Shown here: piece by piece, positions 42,730-57,822 of the stretch | Numbering within the stretch: the stretch's first letter is position 1 | How the letters are laid out: every line of letters starts with the position of its first letter | Source of the DNA: Eledone cirrhosa | Taxonomy: Eukaryota | NCBI GenBank assembly: GCA_964016885.1 | Contig: OZ024750.1 | Span: 5,828,001-5,892,000 of the forward strand | DNA: 64,000 bases | Reading direction: 5' to 3' | Program-made: the position numbers and the translations under genes | Notes under the pieces: model-generated | What the model saw: only the letters and a program-made list of their open reading frames with translations | The model's database searches: none | What the model was told of the DNA's origin: nothing

Positions 42730-42868
42730 CATGGAACTCTTTTAACCATCTTTTGATCTTATTTTATATATATATATATATAAGATCAAAAGATGGTTAA
42801 AAGAGTTCCATATATTTGGCGTAGGACAGAACAAAGGAGAGGCACAAAAACAAAGATAAGAATCCCCA

Positions 42869-42911
42869 GTCACTGATGAGGTTACAGAATGTGTGACGAA
42901 AGAACTTTGAC
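42869..42911 (+). ncRNA. Minimal type I hammerhead motif in a relic ~42818-43100
   Basis: GTCA-CTGATGA-G-GTTACA(GAATG)TGTGAC-GAAA-GAAC-TT-TGAC. Its 3' half is tandemly duplicated (30 bp). The relic's 3' end (43030-43102) is also found at 9961-10033. Confidence 0.72.
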
Positions 42912-43333
42912 AATAAGAATGTGTGACGAAAGAACTTTGACAATATATAAACAACTATCTGGTTGTGGAACCAACCAACCAACCAGAAATTTATAAATTT
43001 ATAAATTCCTAAATTTATAAATTTATTATAATAAATTGAAGTGAAAGCAACTGGTGCGTGTGTTTCTTATTGGCAACATGACCCTCCCAAAGTATAACAA
43101 TATCGGTTTCAACACACGATTTCAGATAAAGAATCTTGCTAAACAAATTCAGAAACGAAATATATATATATATATATACATACACGTATATACGTAATAT
43201 ATATAACATAGTTGAAACAAAAATACACTTAAACCTTAAACAATTACACACACACACACAAATATATATATATAAATACACTCATACACACACACACATA
43301 GATACATACCACACATACACACACATACATACT

Positions 43334-43365
<32 letters not shown>

Positions 43366-43579
43366 CTGTGTTTTGCAACGGGTCACATTTTGTCGGAGAT
43401 TTCTTCATAGGAGCCTTTATTCTTATAGCTTGGTCTAATTGATTTTTTATATGGTTAATTATGCTAATTGGGAGAGGAAGCGGTATATATTTTATCTGGT
43501 GATTCTATAGACATGTTTTATGATATATATATATATAAATGATATTAATAAATGGAAACTATATTTATAAAACCATATT

Positions 43580-43640
43580 TATTCTATTATATATTTTTCA
43601 AGGGTACCAAAACTTTGGTACGCCCTCATCAGATAAAATA
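43580..43640 (-). ncRNA. Type I hammerhead motif, same family as 34737
   Basis: Minus strand: TATTTTAT-CTGATGA-GGGCGTACCAAAGTTTTGGTACCCTT-GAAA-AATATA-TA-ATAGAATA; downstream sequence matches the 34518-34570 arm. Confidence 0.72.
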
Positions 43641-43722
43641 CAAAGTTTTTCTTGGATATCCCCTTGCTTATATATATATCCCTTCCATATACTGTACCGA
43701 TTGTGTTGTTATTTCTGGTTAC

Positions 43723-43838
<116 letters not shown>

Positions 43839-44215
43839 CATATATATATGTAGCCTGTTTTTCTTTTATTACATCTAAATAACATAGCAGGTCCCGGTGT
43901 TATAAAAGTCATGTATATCTAAATATTATATACACTTGGTTGATATACACACCCACACATGTATACATATATTTACATATATTTGTGAAGTGAATGTATG
44001 TCCAAAATGTTTCTTCGTATTTCACAAACTAAGTTTCATATTAATAGATTAATTCAAAGCTAAACAGGCTTTTTAGTTACACATAAACACCTCGTAAAAA
44101 TCCACTGTATAATACATAATGCCAGATTTTTACATTTGCAGTTTACATTTACATGAAGAAACTGTTTATTTCTGAATTATATTTACATGATGAAACATCA
44201 ACATCAATCTCTTCA

Positions 44216-44282
44216 GACGTGTTTTTCTGGTTAAAAAACCTTCGGTAAACCAAAGATATGGGTTCGCGTCCCATGTACGTCA
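44216..44282 (+). other. tRNA-like cloverleaf (pseudo-tRNA or SINE head)
   Basis: Acceptor GACGTG/TACGTC-A, T-arm ATGGG-TTCGCGT-CCCAT, CTTCGG/CCAAAG arm, T7 run 11 nt downstream; D-arm and anticodon loop are non-canonical. Confidence 0.4.
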
Positions 44283-44752
44283 AAATTCATCCCTTTTTTT
44301 CCATTCCGAGGGTTTTTTAAAATCCCAACTAACAGACTAATTCTATGAGGTCAAATACGGCTAAGCACATGTTACTACCTAATATATATATATATACAGA
44401 GAGAGAGAGAGAGAGAGGGGAGAGAGAGTGGAGAGAGAGGGGAGAGAGAGAGAGGAGAGAGAGAGGGAGAGAGAGGGAGATAGATAGATAGAGAGAGAGA
44501 GGGAGAGGAATGGCCCCTACGGTACTAGAACTATCCTAATGATTTCCTTCGAAATTTGTTGTATATACTCTACTAATGTATTGAGCACCTTACTTACTGT
44601 GGTGAACTCTGATTGAACGCGGGACTCACGCACACACACACACACACACACACATATTTATATATATATATACATACACACACATATATATATACATACA
44701 CAGATACATATATACATACACACATACATATATAGATGCATTTATACATATA

Positions 44753-44970
44753 TGAAGGCACGTGGCTGAGTGGTTAGAGAATTGAATTCGCAATCGTGAG
44801 ATTGTGAGTTCGATTCCTGGACCGGGAAATGCGTTATGTCCATGGGCATGACACTATTTCACGTTGCTCCTTCTACCTGGAGTTGCAACCGATAGATAGT
44901 ATTAGCAATTGGAAAGACCAATGGAAACATTGTTTCCTAGGTCCGATTTAACGAAAGTCGATCGACTATC
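44753..44970 (+). mobile_element. SINE family B
   Basis: Matches 23263 copy. Confidence 0.88.
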
Positions 44971-45104
44971 GATATGTATATATATATATATATACACACA
45001 TACCCATATATATAAATGGGGTGCATGGATGCGCATTATGTATGTGTATGTATGTATATGTCTGCATGTTTGTGTGTTTATGTATTTATGGAATATTATT
45101 TTTC

Positions 45105-45245
45105 AGGCGCATGGCTTAGTGGTTAGAGCATAAGGCTTGCAATTGAAAGGTTGTGAGTTCAATTCTTGGACCAGGTGATGTGTTGTTTCCTTGAGCAAGA
45201 CACTTTATTTCACGTTGCTCCAGTTTACTCAGCCGTAGAAATGAG
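45105..45245 (+). mobile_element. SINE family B-related (same head/core, different tail)
   Basis: TGGCTTAGTGG..GAGTTCAATTC..CCTTGAGCAAGACACTTTATTTCACGTTGCTCC. Confidence 0.8.
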
Positions 45246-45880
45246 ATGACAGGACTGGGGTCCCTATCATTAAATTACCCAAGACACCTCCAACGAGATA
45301 TACCTTGCAGGAGGCCAGCTAAACCTGCATAGGTGTGAGCTGTCACACACACACATTTTTTACAAGGCTATTTAACGTATTTTATTTTGTTGATATTTTT
45401 TCAGGCATCTAATTCAATGCCTGCCTTACAAGAAAATAAGAACGTTGTTTGCAGGCATATTTAATCTTATTCTCACATAAAAAAAAACAAAATAAATGTC
45501 GTTGAATTTCATTGTTTACTCTTCCTTTGTGAATGGGAAATTGTTAAAAAAAACTACTATGTGCTTCGTAAATAACAATGTTTTGTTCAGATAATTGGAA
45601 TTATGTATTTATTATTGGACAAATCTCCATACATTAATTTTGTATGGATCTGCGTAAAATAAAGGTGGTTGACTTTTGATTTCTGATTTCTGGAAATTAA
45701 TCATTAGTTCTGCTTAATTTAGTATTTGCTAATGAATTAATGGGTCATATATTATGCTATATAAGATCTACAAACACGACATGAGTCGTATATGTACATC
45801 ATTTTGATCTCTATAACTAAAGATCTCCAATAATTTGTCTCTCTCTCTAACTCTCTCTATGTATATACTGTATATATACA

Positions 45881-45945
<65 letters not shown>

Positions 45946-46039
45946 CAAGTATTACACCAAGAAAAATAAAAGATCGGCGTGAAGGAGATTAGGAATTTAT
46001 TTGCTTTAAAATATGTTTCTATGTTTATATATGTTGACT

Positions 46040-46098
<59 letters not shown>

Positions 46099-46732
46099 AT
46101 TTTTTGTCATATTTTCTCGTCGGCCTTGATTCTTAAAAACTCAATGAAAAACGTGTCAAACTAAGGCTCGAGATGACTAATCAGTTATTCAAAACCAAGA
46201 CAAACTAACACGTGCTGGTGCTTCGATAAAATGGACCTAGTACACAATGAGGTGTAGCCTCCCGGCCTGTCTGAGAGATCACTGCGTCCCGTTTAAAATC
46301 TCACATGGTCTGTGACGACCCATCCAATCCATGCAGGAAAATAAAAGTATGATCCCAAATTTCGAGAATAGAAACTATTATAAATAATTTGCAGACCCAT
46401 CGTTTTTCGAACACTGGTAGAGAAGTTTTATCTTTTTCAATCTGTGTTTATGTGTCATCTCTACCAACACCAGAATGTTATTCTCTTTCACAGGTTTAAG
46501 AACATCTTCAAATCTATTGTTTGCACTCATATATCACACACGATAGTTTTTGTTTCTTTTTTAGAATTAGAAACAAAGATCTGCTATTGTTTCTATCAGT
46601 GATTGCCTCCAGTTATGGTGCATATGGTACTCGAAATATACGGAAGTAAGAAAAATTAACAATCTATTGAAATATGTAATACATCAACGCAATTCACGCG
46701 ATATTGTTATGTCTTGATATTTATTTATTCGC

Positions 46733-46770
<38 letters not shown>

Positions 46771-46960
46771 ATATGTATAATTATATATATATATAAATAT
46801 GTATGTGTATATATATAAATATGTATATATATATATATATATATAAATATGTATATATATATATATAAATATGTATATATATATATATATATAAATATGT
46901 ATATATATATATATAAATATGTATATATATATATACATATATATAAATATGTATATATAA

Positions 46961-47248
<288 letters not shown>

Positions 47249-47264
47249 ATATATATATATATAA

Positions 47265-47295
<31 letters not shown>

Positions 47296-47296
47296 A

Positions 47297-47333
<37 letters not shown>

Positions 47334-47669
47334 TGTATATATATATATGTGTGTGTATGTATACTGTAGTCTGTAGTCTGTCGGGAAGAGGTAAATTTGA
47401 ACTCACCTCACCTGATTTCACTTACTTTATTATTTCATTTTTTTGGCTATTGTTATGATTTATAGTTCACTAATATTCCTGATTTATTACTATTTCCGAC
47501 ACCCATATAGACATAAAACACATACATTACCTCCCCTAGATTCATACAAATCAAGTCTTGTACTAAGAAACATAATACATATTCACAAATATAAGCCATT
47601 AAAATACACTATACATAAATATACTACACCCATATGCTGATACATAATACGTAATGTTTAAGCAAGCGA

Positions 47670-47710
<41 letters not shown>

Positions 47711-47758
47711 GAATTCCATGGAGTCATACATACAACCATATATATATATATTTATATA

Positions 47759-47806
<48 letters not shown>

Positions 47807-48664
47807 GAAATTCCATGGAGACATACATACACCCATATATATATATAGATATATATACATATATATACATATATATATATATATACATATATATATACAT
47901 ATATACATATATATACATATATATATATACATATATATATATACATATACACATATATATACATATATATATATACATATACATACATATATATACACAT
48001 ATATATACATACATATATATACACATATATACATATATATATACATATATATATACACATATATATACATATATATATACATATATATATACATATATAT
48101 ATACATATATATATACATACATATATACATACATATATACATATATATATACATACATATATACATATATACATACATATATACATACATACATATATAC
48201 ATACATATATACATATATACATACATATATACATATATACATATGTATATATATACATATATATACATGTATATATACATATATATATATATATACGATA
48301 TATATATATGTTTACATATATATATATATATAAACATATGTAGACACATGCAGTTATACACAAAATCTGTAGAATATATACATATTAGGGGGAAAAAGTA
48401 GGGAGACACCACACACATACAAACATTATGCAAATGCACACACATACACACACACACATACACACACACACACGCATAAAATATAAATACACTCGAAAAA
48501 CGCAGACAAACCGCAAACCAACGGCGTAAACAAAGATAAACATAGGAAGACATTTAAAATTGTCTCGAGAAAGATAGGTAAGTAGAATGAATTAGAGAGA
48601 GAGAGAGAGAGGGATAAAGAAGAAAAACAAAAAGATGAAGAAGAAAAAGAAAAAAAAGAAGAAG

Positions 48665-49348
48665 AAGAAGAAGACAGAAGAAGAAGTGTGAAAGAGAAGG
48701 GTGAAAGAAGAAGACAGAAGAAGTGTGAAAGAGAAGGGTGAAAGAAGAAGACAGAAGAAGAAGTGTGAAAGAGAAGGGTGAAAGAAGAAGACAGAAGAAG
48801 AAGTGTGAAAGAGAAGGGTGAAAGAAGAAGACAGAAGAAGAAGTGTGAAAGAGAAGGGTGAAAGAAGAAGACAGAAGAAGAAGTGTGAAAGAGAAGGGTG
48901 AAAGAAGAAGACAGAAGAAGTGTGAAAGAGAAGGGTGAAAGAAGAAGACAGAAGAAGAAGTGTGAAAGAGAAGGGGGCAAGAAGAAGACAGAAGAAGAAG
49001 TGTGAAAGAGAAGGGGGCAAGAAGAAGACAGAAGAAGAAGTGTGAAAGAGAAGGGGGCAAGAAGAAGACAGAAGAAGAAGTGTGAAAGAGAAGGGGGCAA
49101 GAAGAAGACAGAAGAAGAAGTGTGAAAGAGAAGGGGGCAAGAAGAAGACAGAAGAAGAAGTGTGAAAGAGAAGGGGGCAAGAAGAAGACAGAAGAAGAAG
49201 TGTGAAAGAGAAGGGGGCAAGAAGAAGACAGAAGAAGAAGTGTGAAAGAGAAGGGGGCAAGAAGAAGACAGAAGAAGAAGTGTGAAAGAGAAGGGGGCAA
49301 GAAGAAGACAGAAGAAGAAGTGTGAAAGAGAAGGGGGCAAGGAAGACT
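48665..49348. repeat. 40-bp purine-rich minisatellite, ~17 units, two variant blocks
   Basis: GAAGAAGACAGAAGAAGAAGTGTGAAAGAGAAGGG(TGAAA|GGCAA). Confidence 0.95.
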
Positions 49349-49490
49349 ATTTAGGGAAAGAAGTAATTCAATTTTCCGTGGAAAAAATAGTAAATAAATC
49401 TATCAACGATGATTCAAAATATTTGGAGATAACTGGCAGCTTATCGACATAAACTGCACTGGCAGACGACATTAATCTAACTGCAGGCTA

Positions 49491-49553
<63 letters not shown>

Positions 49554-49579
49554 TATTTATATATATATATTTATATATG

Positions 49580-49671
<92 letters not shown>

Positions 49672-49847
49672 TATATATATATTTATATATGTACATGTAA
49701 GTATGTATAAATGTATATATATACATTTATATATGTACATGTAAGTATGTATAAATGTATATATATACATTTGTATATGTATGTATGTATGTATATATAT
49801 ATTTATATATGTATGTATATATATTTATATATGTATGTATATATATT

Positions 49848-49881
<34 letters not shown>

Positions 49882-49894
49882 TGTATGTATGTAT

Positions 49895-49935
<41 letters not shown>

Positions 49936-49972
49936 TAGAGAGAGAGAGAGAGAGAGAGGTATGTGCGTGTGG

Positions 49973-50004
<32 letters not shown>

Positions 50005-50055
50005 CATACATACAGAATTATATATACATAATATATACATACATACATACATACG

Positions 50056-50151
50056 GAATTAATAGCTATATGTGTTTATGTGCTTACTATGTATATATAT
50101 ATATATATATACATACATAGTAAGCACATAAACACATATAGCTATTAATTC
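50056..50151. repeat. Inverted repeat centred on a TA tract
   Basis: GAATTAATAGCTATATGTGTTTATGTGCTTACTATGTAT with its exact reverse complement ~20 nt downstream. Confidence 0.9.
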
Positions 50152-50465
50152 TGTTCTGTTCACACTGACTAAAGTGGCAGAATTACTTCGGGTGTTGGTG
50201 TGGAGGCTACAGATTCTGTAGACATAAAAAGAAAGAAAGTACCATTTGAGAGTTATAGCACTAAGGAAATATATTCTGCACTATATAACTGTTGATAGAG
50301 AAGTTAAAGCTATCGAAGACTAAAAGGAATCTGTATTGCAATTCGGAAAACACAGACGCTGATATATTTAAACTGGAGACTAAGTTGGACGTGTCGAGAT
50401 AGTACTAGACATGTAATCGAATGATCGGTGGCTCGCATTTTGTAACATATAGAACATTCTCTTCG

Positions 50466-50780
50466 TAGCCATGGTATGGTATGTTCCCATAACTTCTGAT
50501 AGACTTATAGTGGTGCGGTATTGACATACGGCGTTTCTTGGGCATTTTAAAGCCTGGCCGAGCCCATTCCTCTTCAGGTCTGAGTACAGCAGATTTCTTT
50601 CAGAGAGAGGAAAAATCTACCCCAGTACTAGACTGGTACTTTTGATTGGTATAAAGCTGACCTTGGCGGGATTCGAAACTCAAATCGTAAAGGGCCTTAA
50701 CTCTAAGCCATAAAGAGAGCCGAAACGAATACCATAAAACAATCTATCCGACATTCTAACGACTCTGCCAATTCGCCGCC
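50466..50780 (-). mobile_element. SINE, same variant as 26504
   Basis: Shared head and tail. Confidence 0.75.
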
Positions 50781-51266
50781 TATCTTCTTCGTCATATAGA
50801 ATACCATATATCTTTTGTTATGTACCCTGCGCTCTCACTTCACCGTTAAATGTGCATTTCCTTTCTTCAGGGATCTATAAAGGAAGCTCTGGGTCGACTC
50901 TTCACCCTCTTTCACCCTCTTTCCCTGAACTTCGAGAAAAAAAAATAACAATAAAACAATAAGGGCCGTAGAAGAAAATTCACAATAACTCTTTCTCCAG
51001 AACTAGAGAAACATTGAAGAAGGGGCTAGCAAACCTTCCTCACGGTAAAGCAAGTTTTCTACTGGAACCGTCCATAGAAGGCCCAATCTACTGTACTGCA
51101 CGGGCCAGGAAGAAAAACAGGAACTAATGCAAAGGTCAACATTAAACGGGATTTTAGCAATTGTCAGACAATAGTGTGTGTATGTATGTTTATACATAGT
51201 ATATGAATATATCTTTCCCAGCAATATGGTTTTTTTACTTTTTCATATATATCGTTATGATAGTAG

Positions 51267-51302
<36 letters not shown>

Positions 51303-51323
51303 TAATTATTAGTACAGATTAAA

Positions 51324-51516
51324 GGGCGGTGGATTGGCAGTATCGGTAGAGGAACGGACGCCATGCTTTGCAGCAAAGAGTTACGGCCCTTAATGGTCTG
51401 AGTTCAAATCCCGCCGAGGTTAACTTTGCCTTTCATCCTTATGGGGTCGATAAGATAAAGTACCAGTAATACACTGGGTAATTGCTAGCCTTATGTCAAA
51501 AGTAGAAACAATTATT
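51324..51516 (+). mobile_element. SINE family A, full length
   Basis: 21-bp TSD AATTATTAGTACAGATTAAAG (51304-51324 / 51510-51530). Confidence 0.92.
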
Positions 51517-51663
51517 AGTACAGATTAAAGTTTAAGCAAAGAAGTTCTGCTTTTACCTTATTAGGGTATCTTCTGAAACTGGGAAAAAAGTCAATCTGTA
51601 GACAAGCCTTATCGAGCTCTTTTCGGATTTTGCTCTTCGTATTTATTATTACTATATATATAT

Positions 51664-51899
51664 ATAGGAAAAGATTCAGGACTCCGACGGCAGAGCTCAA
51701 GCCGTTTCGACGGCTATTTCTGGACTAAAAAAACACCCCCGAAAAACGTTTTTTTTTAGTCCAGAAATAGCCGCCGGAACGGCTTGAGCTCTGCCGTTGG
51801 AGTCCTGAACCTTTTCCTATTACCCACTCTACTACCCAAAGTATTGAGTACTCTGGAGCGTTATGGTCCACTTGGTTCCTTGCCACACCTCCTTCGTTA
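51664..51899 (+). mobile_element. TA-inserted fold-back element, same family as 10067
   Basis: IR 51664-51734 / 51748-51820 with a few mismatches; unique 3' extension to ...CCTTCGTTAT(A)TA. Confidence 0.85.
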
Positions 51900-51935
51900 T
51901 ATATATATATATATCGTTATGACAGTAGTAGCTAC

Positions 51936-51987
<52 letters not shown>

Positions 51988-52000
51988 TATATATATATAG

Positions 52001-52196
52001 TGAAGGCGTGTGGCTGAGTGGTTAGAGAATTGGATTCGCAATCGTGAGGTTGTGAGTTCGATTCCTTAAGCAATACCCTTTATTTCACGTTGCTCCTTCT
52101 ACCTGGATTGAGACTGATAGAGAGTATTAGCAATTGGAAAGACCAATGGAAACATTGTTTCCTCGGTCCGATTTGACGAGAGTCGATCGACTGTCG
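52001..52196 (+). mobile_element. SINE family B with internal deletion
   Basis: Matches 23263 copy. Confidence 0.85.
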
Positions 52197-52466
52197 ATAT
52201 ATATATATATATATATATATATGCATACATACATATACATACATACATACATAATACACACACACGCATATATATATATGTATGTATATATATATGTATA
52301 TATATATATTTATATATATATATATATATGTATGTACATATATATGTATATATATATATATTTATATATATATATATATATATATACACACTCACGTACA
52401 CCCATCCACACACACACGCATATATATATATGTATGTATGTACATATATATGTATATATACATATT

Positions 52467-52515
<49 letters not shown>

Positions 52516-52720
52516 GTACACCCATCCATACATACACATACACACGCTAGAAGAACTTTGTAAATAAGTAGTATTTCTAGTATGAAATAGAATTAAAACC
52601 AAAAACACAAATACGCCAAAATTGTTTTTAGTTAACCTTTTCTGTCCATTTTTATTTAAGCTGAGTTCTTGATGCTTCTTTTGCTTTCTGCTCGTATTAA
52701 TGTTGCTAGTAGACATATTG

Positions 52721-52761
<41 letters not shown>

Positions 52762-54294
52762 TTCTGTCTTCATCTTGTTGTTTATTGAGTTTTGTATTAT
52801 GTATATATGTATGTATGGTTTTGCTGTTGTTGATGTTGTTGATGTTGATGCTGTTGTTGATGATCAATATTTGTCACTGTTCAGATTCCGCGAATTAAAC
52901 TGAGAGTTAATAACAGAAAACATTCCCCTCTCCAATAAAATATGACTATATGGAATGTCGTTGGTACATAATGTCTAGAGACATCGTGAGTAGATTATCT
53001 TGTGTCTGGGGGCTGGATGTTCAATCTTTTGGCACTAATAACTAAAATGGATATTAGCTTTCCGCTATAGTTTGATTAATTGAAAATATTACTACATACG
53101 TTCATAGCGATAGATTTTTGCAAATTCACATTTATATACTCAAAATACAAACCATCATTTATGTAAATATATTTATGTGGTTTGTGGTCCATATGTGTAG
53201 ACAGATGCTTTCATACAAACATGGTTCTCTGTTTGCTTTTATAGAAAGTCCGTATTTATATTTTTCATTTGGTCTATTCAGCCCCGCTCATGCATGCATG
53301 CATACGTACATCTATGTATACATACAAGCGTGCATCCATACATACACATACATACATACAAACGTACATACAAAGGTACATCTATACATACATACATATA
53401 CATACATACAAGCGTACATCTATACATATACATACAAGCGCACATCAATACATACATACATATATATATATACAAGCGTACATCAATACATACGTATATA
53501 TATATATATATATATATATACATACAAGCGTACATCCATACATATACATACATACAAACGTACATCTATACATACATATACATACATACAAGCGTACATC
53601 TATACATATACATACAAGCGCACATCAATACATACATACATACATATATATATATATATAGAAGCGCACATCAATACATACATACATATATATATATACA
53701 TACAAGCGTACATCAATACATACGTATATATATATATATATATATACATACAAGCATACATCAATACATACATATATATATATATTTATATATATACATA
53801 AATACACACATACCCATATATATACACACACATACACACACACACATATATATACACACACACACATATATATATATACATATATATATACACAGATATA
53901 TATACACAGATATATACATACATATATATAAATATATATATACACACACATACATATATATACACACATATATATATATATATATACACACGCACACACA
54001 TATATATAGACATATATATATATATAAACACATATACATAAACACACACACACACATACATATATATATATAGGGGAGAGCGTGAGGTGAGGTGAGGGGG
54101 AAGGTTGTATAGGTATGGGTAAGGTGAAGGGAATATTATGTGAGTAAATATTATCTTCAAGCTTCCAGGAAATTTTTATGAGATGATCCAATGAAGAAGT
54201 GCTGAGTTATAATTTATGATGTTGTTTCATCTGTTGGCGGGGATGTACGTTGGAAGAGTTCATTATGGTTAATATTTAATATCAAGTAAATAGC

Positions 54295-54505
54295 TGGGGC
54301 TTAGTAGAACCGTATCGGACAAAATGATAAAAGTATTTGTTCCGGGGTTTCTAACATACTGGGTTCAAATCTTACCAAGGTCAACTTTGCCTTTCATCCT
54401 TCCAGGGTCAACAAAATAAAGTACCAGTCAAATACTGGGGTTGATTTTTATCATTTAATCAACTTTTGCCTTTCCCTACAGATTGTTTAGGCGTTGCACC
54501 TGAAT
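54295..54505 (+). mobile_element. Older SINE family A-like copy
   Basis: GGGTTCAAATC..TTTGCCTTTCATCCTTCCAGGGTCAACAAAATAAAGTACCAG. Confidence 0.75.
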
Positions 54506-54675
54506 TACAAATCAATATATAATATAAAGTAGAAAAATACAACAACAAAACAACGAAACAATACAGAAAACAACAACAAAGTACAAACACAAAGAAAATG
54601 CCCCCCCCCCCCCCCCCCCTAAAGCTTAAAGCAACAGAACTCAAAGCCTTGTGTGGATTTGTATATGCCTATAGA

Positions 54676-54749
<74 letters not shown>

Positions 54750-54827
54750 AGTGTGTATATTTATATATATATGTATGTATATATATATATGTGTGTGTGA
54801 GTGTGTATATTTATATATATATGTATG

Positions 54828-54865
<38 letters not shown>

Positions 54866-56070
54866 AGTGTGTATATTTATATATATATGTATGTATATAT
54901 ATATATATGTGTGTGTGTGTGAGTGTGTATATTTATATATATATATATGTGTATATATATATATATATGTGTATATATATATACATGTATATATATTTAT
55001 GTGTGTATAATATATGTGTGTATATATATGTGTGTATATATTTATGTCTCTGTTTGATAGGATGACTTCTCGATAAATATTGGGATCCGGTCAAACGTGT
55101 TTACCCTCTACATCACTTTATATATGATTGACCTGGCATTGTGCCAATGGAAGAAATAATCAATATTTGGTTTGAAGTGGAATGGTTTGATATGGTATGG
55201 GAATGTATGTAGATAGATGGATGAAGCAAAGAAAGGTATACATTTAGAAAAAGTGCTGAGACAAGGAAAGGACGAAAGATACTCCTACATAGTGGAGAGT
55301 TCGGAATACCGAAATTGAAAGAAGGTTAGTGAACGATATAAAAATGATATAAAAAGGGGGAAGGAATGTTATTGAGAGAGAGAGAGAGAGAGAGAGAGGA
55401 AGACATCCAGGGGGACAGTGTGTGTGAGTGAGGAAGAGAGAGAGAGAGAGAGAGAGAGCGAGGGGGACAGTGTGTGTGAGTGAAGAAGAGAGAGAGGTGA
55501 GGGGGGGGGGAGATAGGATCATGTTCAGTACTAATGGTTATTTAATGACATTTCAAAAATCGAATGAAAGATCGTATTGTATTTAGCCAAGTAGTAAAGA
55601 GAGGACGCTAGGCTTAGCAGAGAATAGAATACTATTTTTATGGGATCAGCGAGAAGGAAATTGGTTCTAGCTGTGTCATATGTGACACCAAGCAATCTGT
55701 GTTTGGTTTGTAAATTAAGATAATGCCTTTTGTGAGGTAAGATACAATATAATGTGGAGAGAATTAGAGGGTCCTCTTAGTTTATGAGGTATTGATCGCA
55801 TATTGATCACTGCGAGTCAGAAATAAGGTAATTTTAGCTATTAAATGGCGTAATGTTTCTTCAAAGCATTTATATAAGTTAAGGACAGAGAGTGTTATGA
55901 AACGTAAACTACAGACAGTCGAAATATAATTTCAAATAGAGAATGTGTTTGCATAGTTTATGTATGAAATCCATTTTTTTTTTTACCTTTGAAATGTAAT
56001 ATCTAATGTTATGTGTAGCAGATGTCTAGAAGTACCATGTAGTAGTAAGTTGTATGCCATACTGAGGTAG

Positions 56071-56290
56071 AAGTGTAATTTCGAATCCTAGCTGAAGAAA
56101 TTAAATCCAGTTTTCGCTTCTAATAACACGTAATACATGAAATTCACAACCTTCTCTCTGTCTATGAAGAATAAGGATTTGAAGTTTATACCACACTTAG
56201 GTATAAGTGCAGTTTCGAATCCTAGCTGAAGAAACTAAATCCAGTTTTCGCTTCCAATGGTACATGAAACATGAAATTCCCAACCTTCTT
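56071..56290. repeat. Diverged direct duplication, period ~134 bp
   Basis: TTTCGAATCCTAGCTGAAGAAA.TAAATCCAGTTTTCGCTTC occurs twice. Confidence 0.85.
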
Positions 56291-56362
56291 TTTGGCTATA
56301 TCTAATTAAATTGTTTTACCTGAGCTGTCGAGTTATTTCTCTTGCGTATGCTATATCCATTT

Positions 56363-56551
56363 AATAATTGTTTCTACTTTTGGCACAAGGCCAGAAATTA
56401 CCCCAGTGCATTACTGGTACTTTATTTTATCGACCTCGTAAAGATGAAAGGCATAGTTAACCTCAGGATTTGAATTCGGATTGTAAAAGGCCGTAACTAT
56501 GCTGCAAACCATAGCGTCCGACCCTCTACCGATATTGACAATCCACCGCCC
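56363..56551 (-). mobile_element. SINE family A, full length
   Basis: TSD TATATCCATTTAATAAT. Confidence 0.9.
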
Positions 56552-57628
56552 TTATATCCATTTAATAATGTTTTTATTTATAATATTCATACAGAGTATT
56601 TCGTGCAGATTTACCGCTGTTATGTTTACGTTCGTTGTATGTTTTATAAATATCGATTCATTTACTTAAACCTGATTAATTCACCTTCAGCTAGTTGACT
56701 CATTTTTACTATTTATAAAGATAATGAAAAATAAACAGTTGATTTAACTTTTGAAATAAATATATATTACATAGCAATCAAATAGTATTTATGTAACTTA
56801 ATGTTCCTCAAATTAAATTAATTTTCTTTAAATATTTATTTTGAAGAATTCATATTTCTTAATCAGCAATCTTCTAGTTATTTGAGCGTATAAATTTCCG
56901 AATAAACTTTTCATTTTACGTCGGTTATTAACAAAGAATCATTTGAATCAGTTGAAAGCGTTGAACATAACTGATATATCTTCATTTTGTCACAATAGGG
57001 TTATAAAAGTCACCTGGTGTTTCATATTAACTCGATTGGGATATACAAATGTATATCTGTATTTTCTTATTGAGAAGAGAGGAAGTTACGTCCAGAAAGC
57101 TGTTTTAGGGCTCCTGTGATTGGTGAAAACGTTATCCCAATACTGGAAACCTGCTTGCGACAGAATAGTCTCTGATAAAAGCATTCAAAGCTTGGTTAAA
57201 CCAGACGACATTAAAAGAGCAGGATGTTTATATTCCATCGATGTTTCGATTAGCATTATGATTCTTGAATTCGGCTTAGCCCAACTTAAAAATATTCCGT
57301 GTAATGAGTATATATATGTATGTATATGTGGTGTAGTAAATATATACAGATACATCAGGTCCGAACACTCCCACTGTCACTGCTTCCGTCTGTCCCACTT
57401 TCCCTATCTCTCACTATTATAAGCAAATGTGGGCCCACACGCTGGCCGCCCCATGGCCCCGACGGGCAGAATAGAAAAGGCGTTTCCTCGGAGGATGGTG
57501 AAGGAGACGCACCGAAGGAGCCCAGATATGGCACCAATTCATTCATAAAAAGAATGAGGCTTGCCTAAAATGTTATATTTTACATCTCCTGTAACTACTC
57601 CAGTGTAGGTAACCTTATATTACTCTTA

Positions 57629-57822
57629 AGGGCGAAGGATTGGCAGTATCGGTAGATGGTCGGACGCCATGCTTTGCAGCAAAGAGTTACGGCCCTTTAT
57701 GGTCTGAGTTCAAATCCCGCCGAGGTTAACTTTGCCTTTCCTCCTTACGGGGTCGATAAAATAAAGTACCAGTAATGTACTGGGATAATTGCTGGCCTTA
57801 TGCCAAAAAGTAGAAACAATTA
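57629..57822 (+). mobile_element. SINE family A, full length
   Basis: TSD TTATATTACT(C/T)TTAA. Confidence 0.9.

Noticed and set aside
48426-49340. Hydrophobic repeat 'membrane protein' ORFs
   Set aside because: All three minus frames are open because the 40-bp unit lacks stops.
50860-51130. Possible host exons after TTCCTTTCTTCAG and CTCTTTCTCCAG
   Set aside because: No recognisable product and no consistent donor/frame; unsupported.
56090-56250. CTGAAGA in the 134-bp duplication as a hammerhead dimer
   Set aside because: No properly placed GAAA or stem III.
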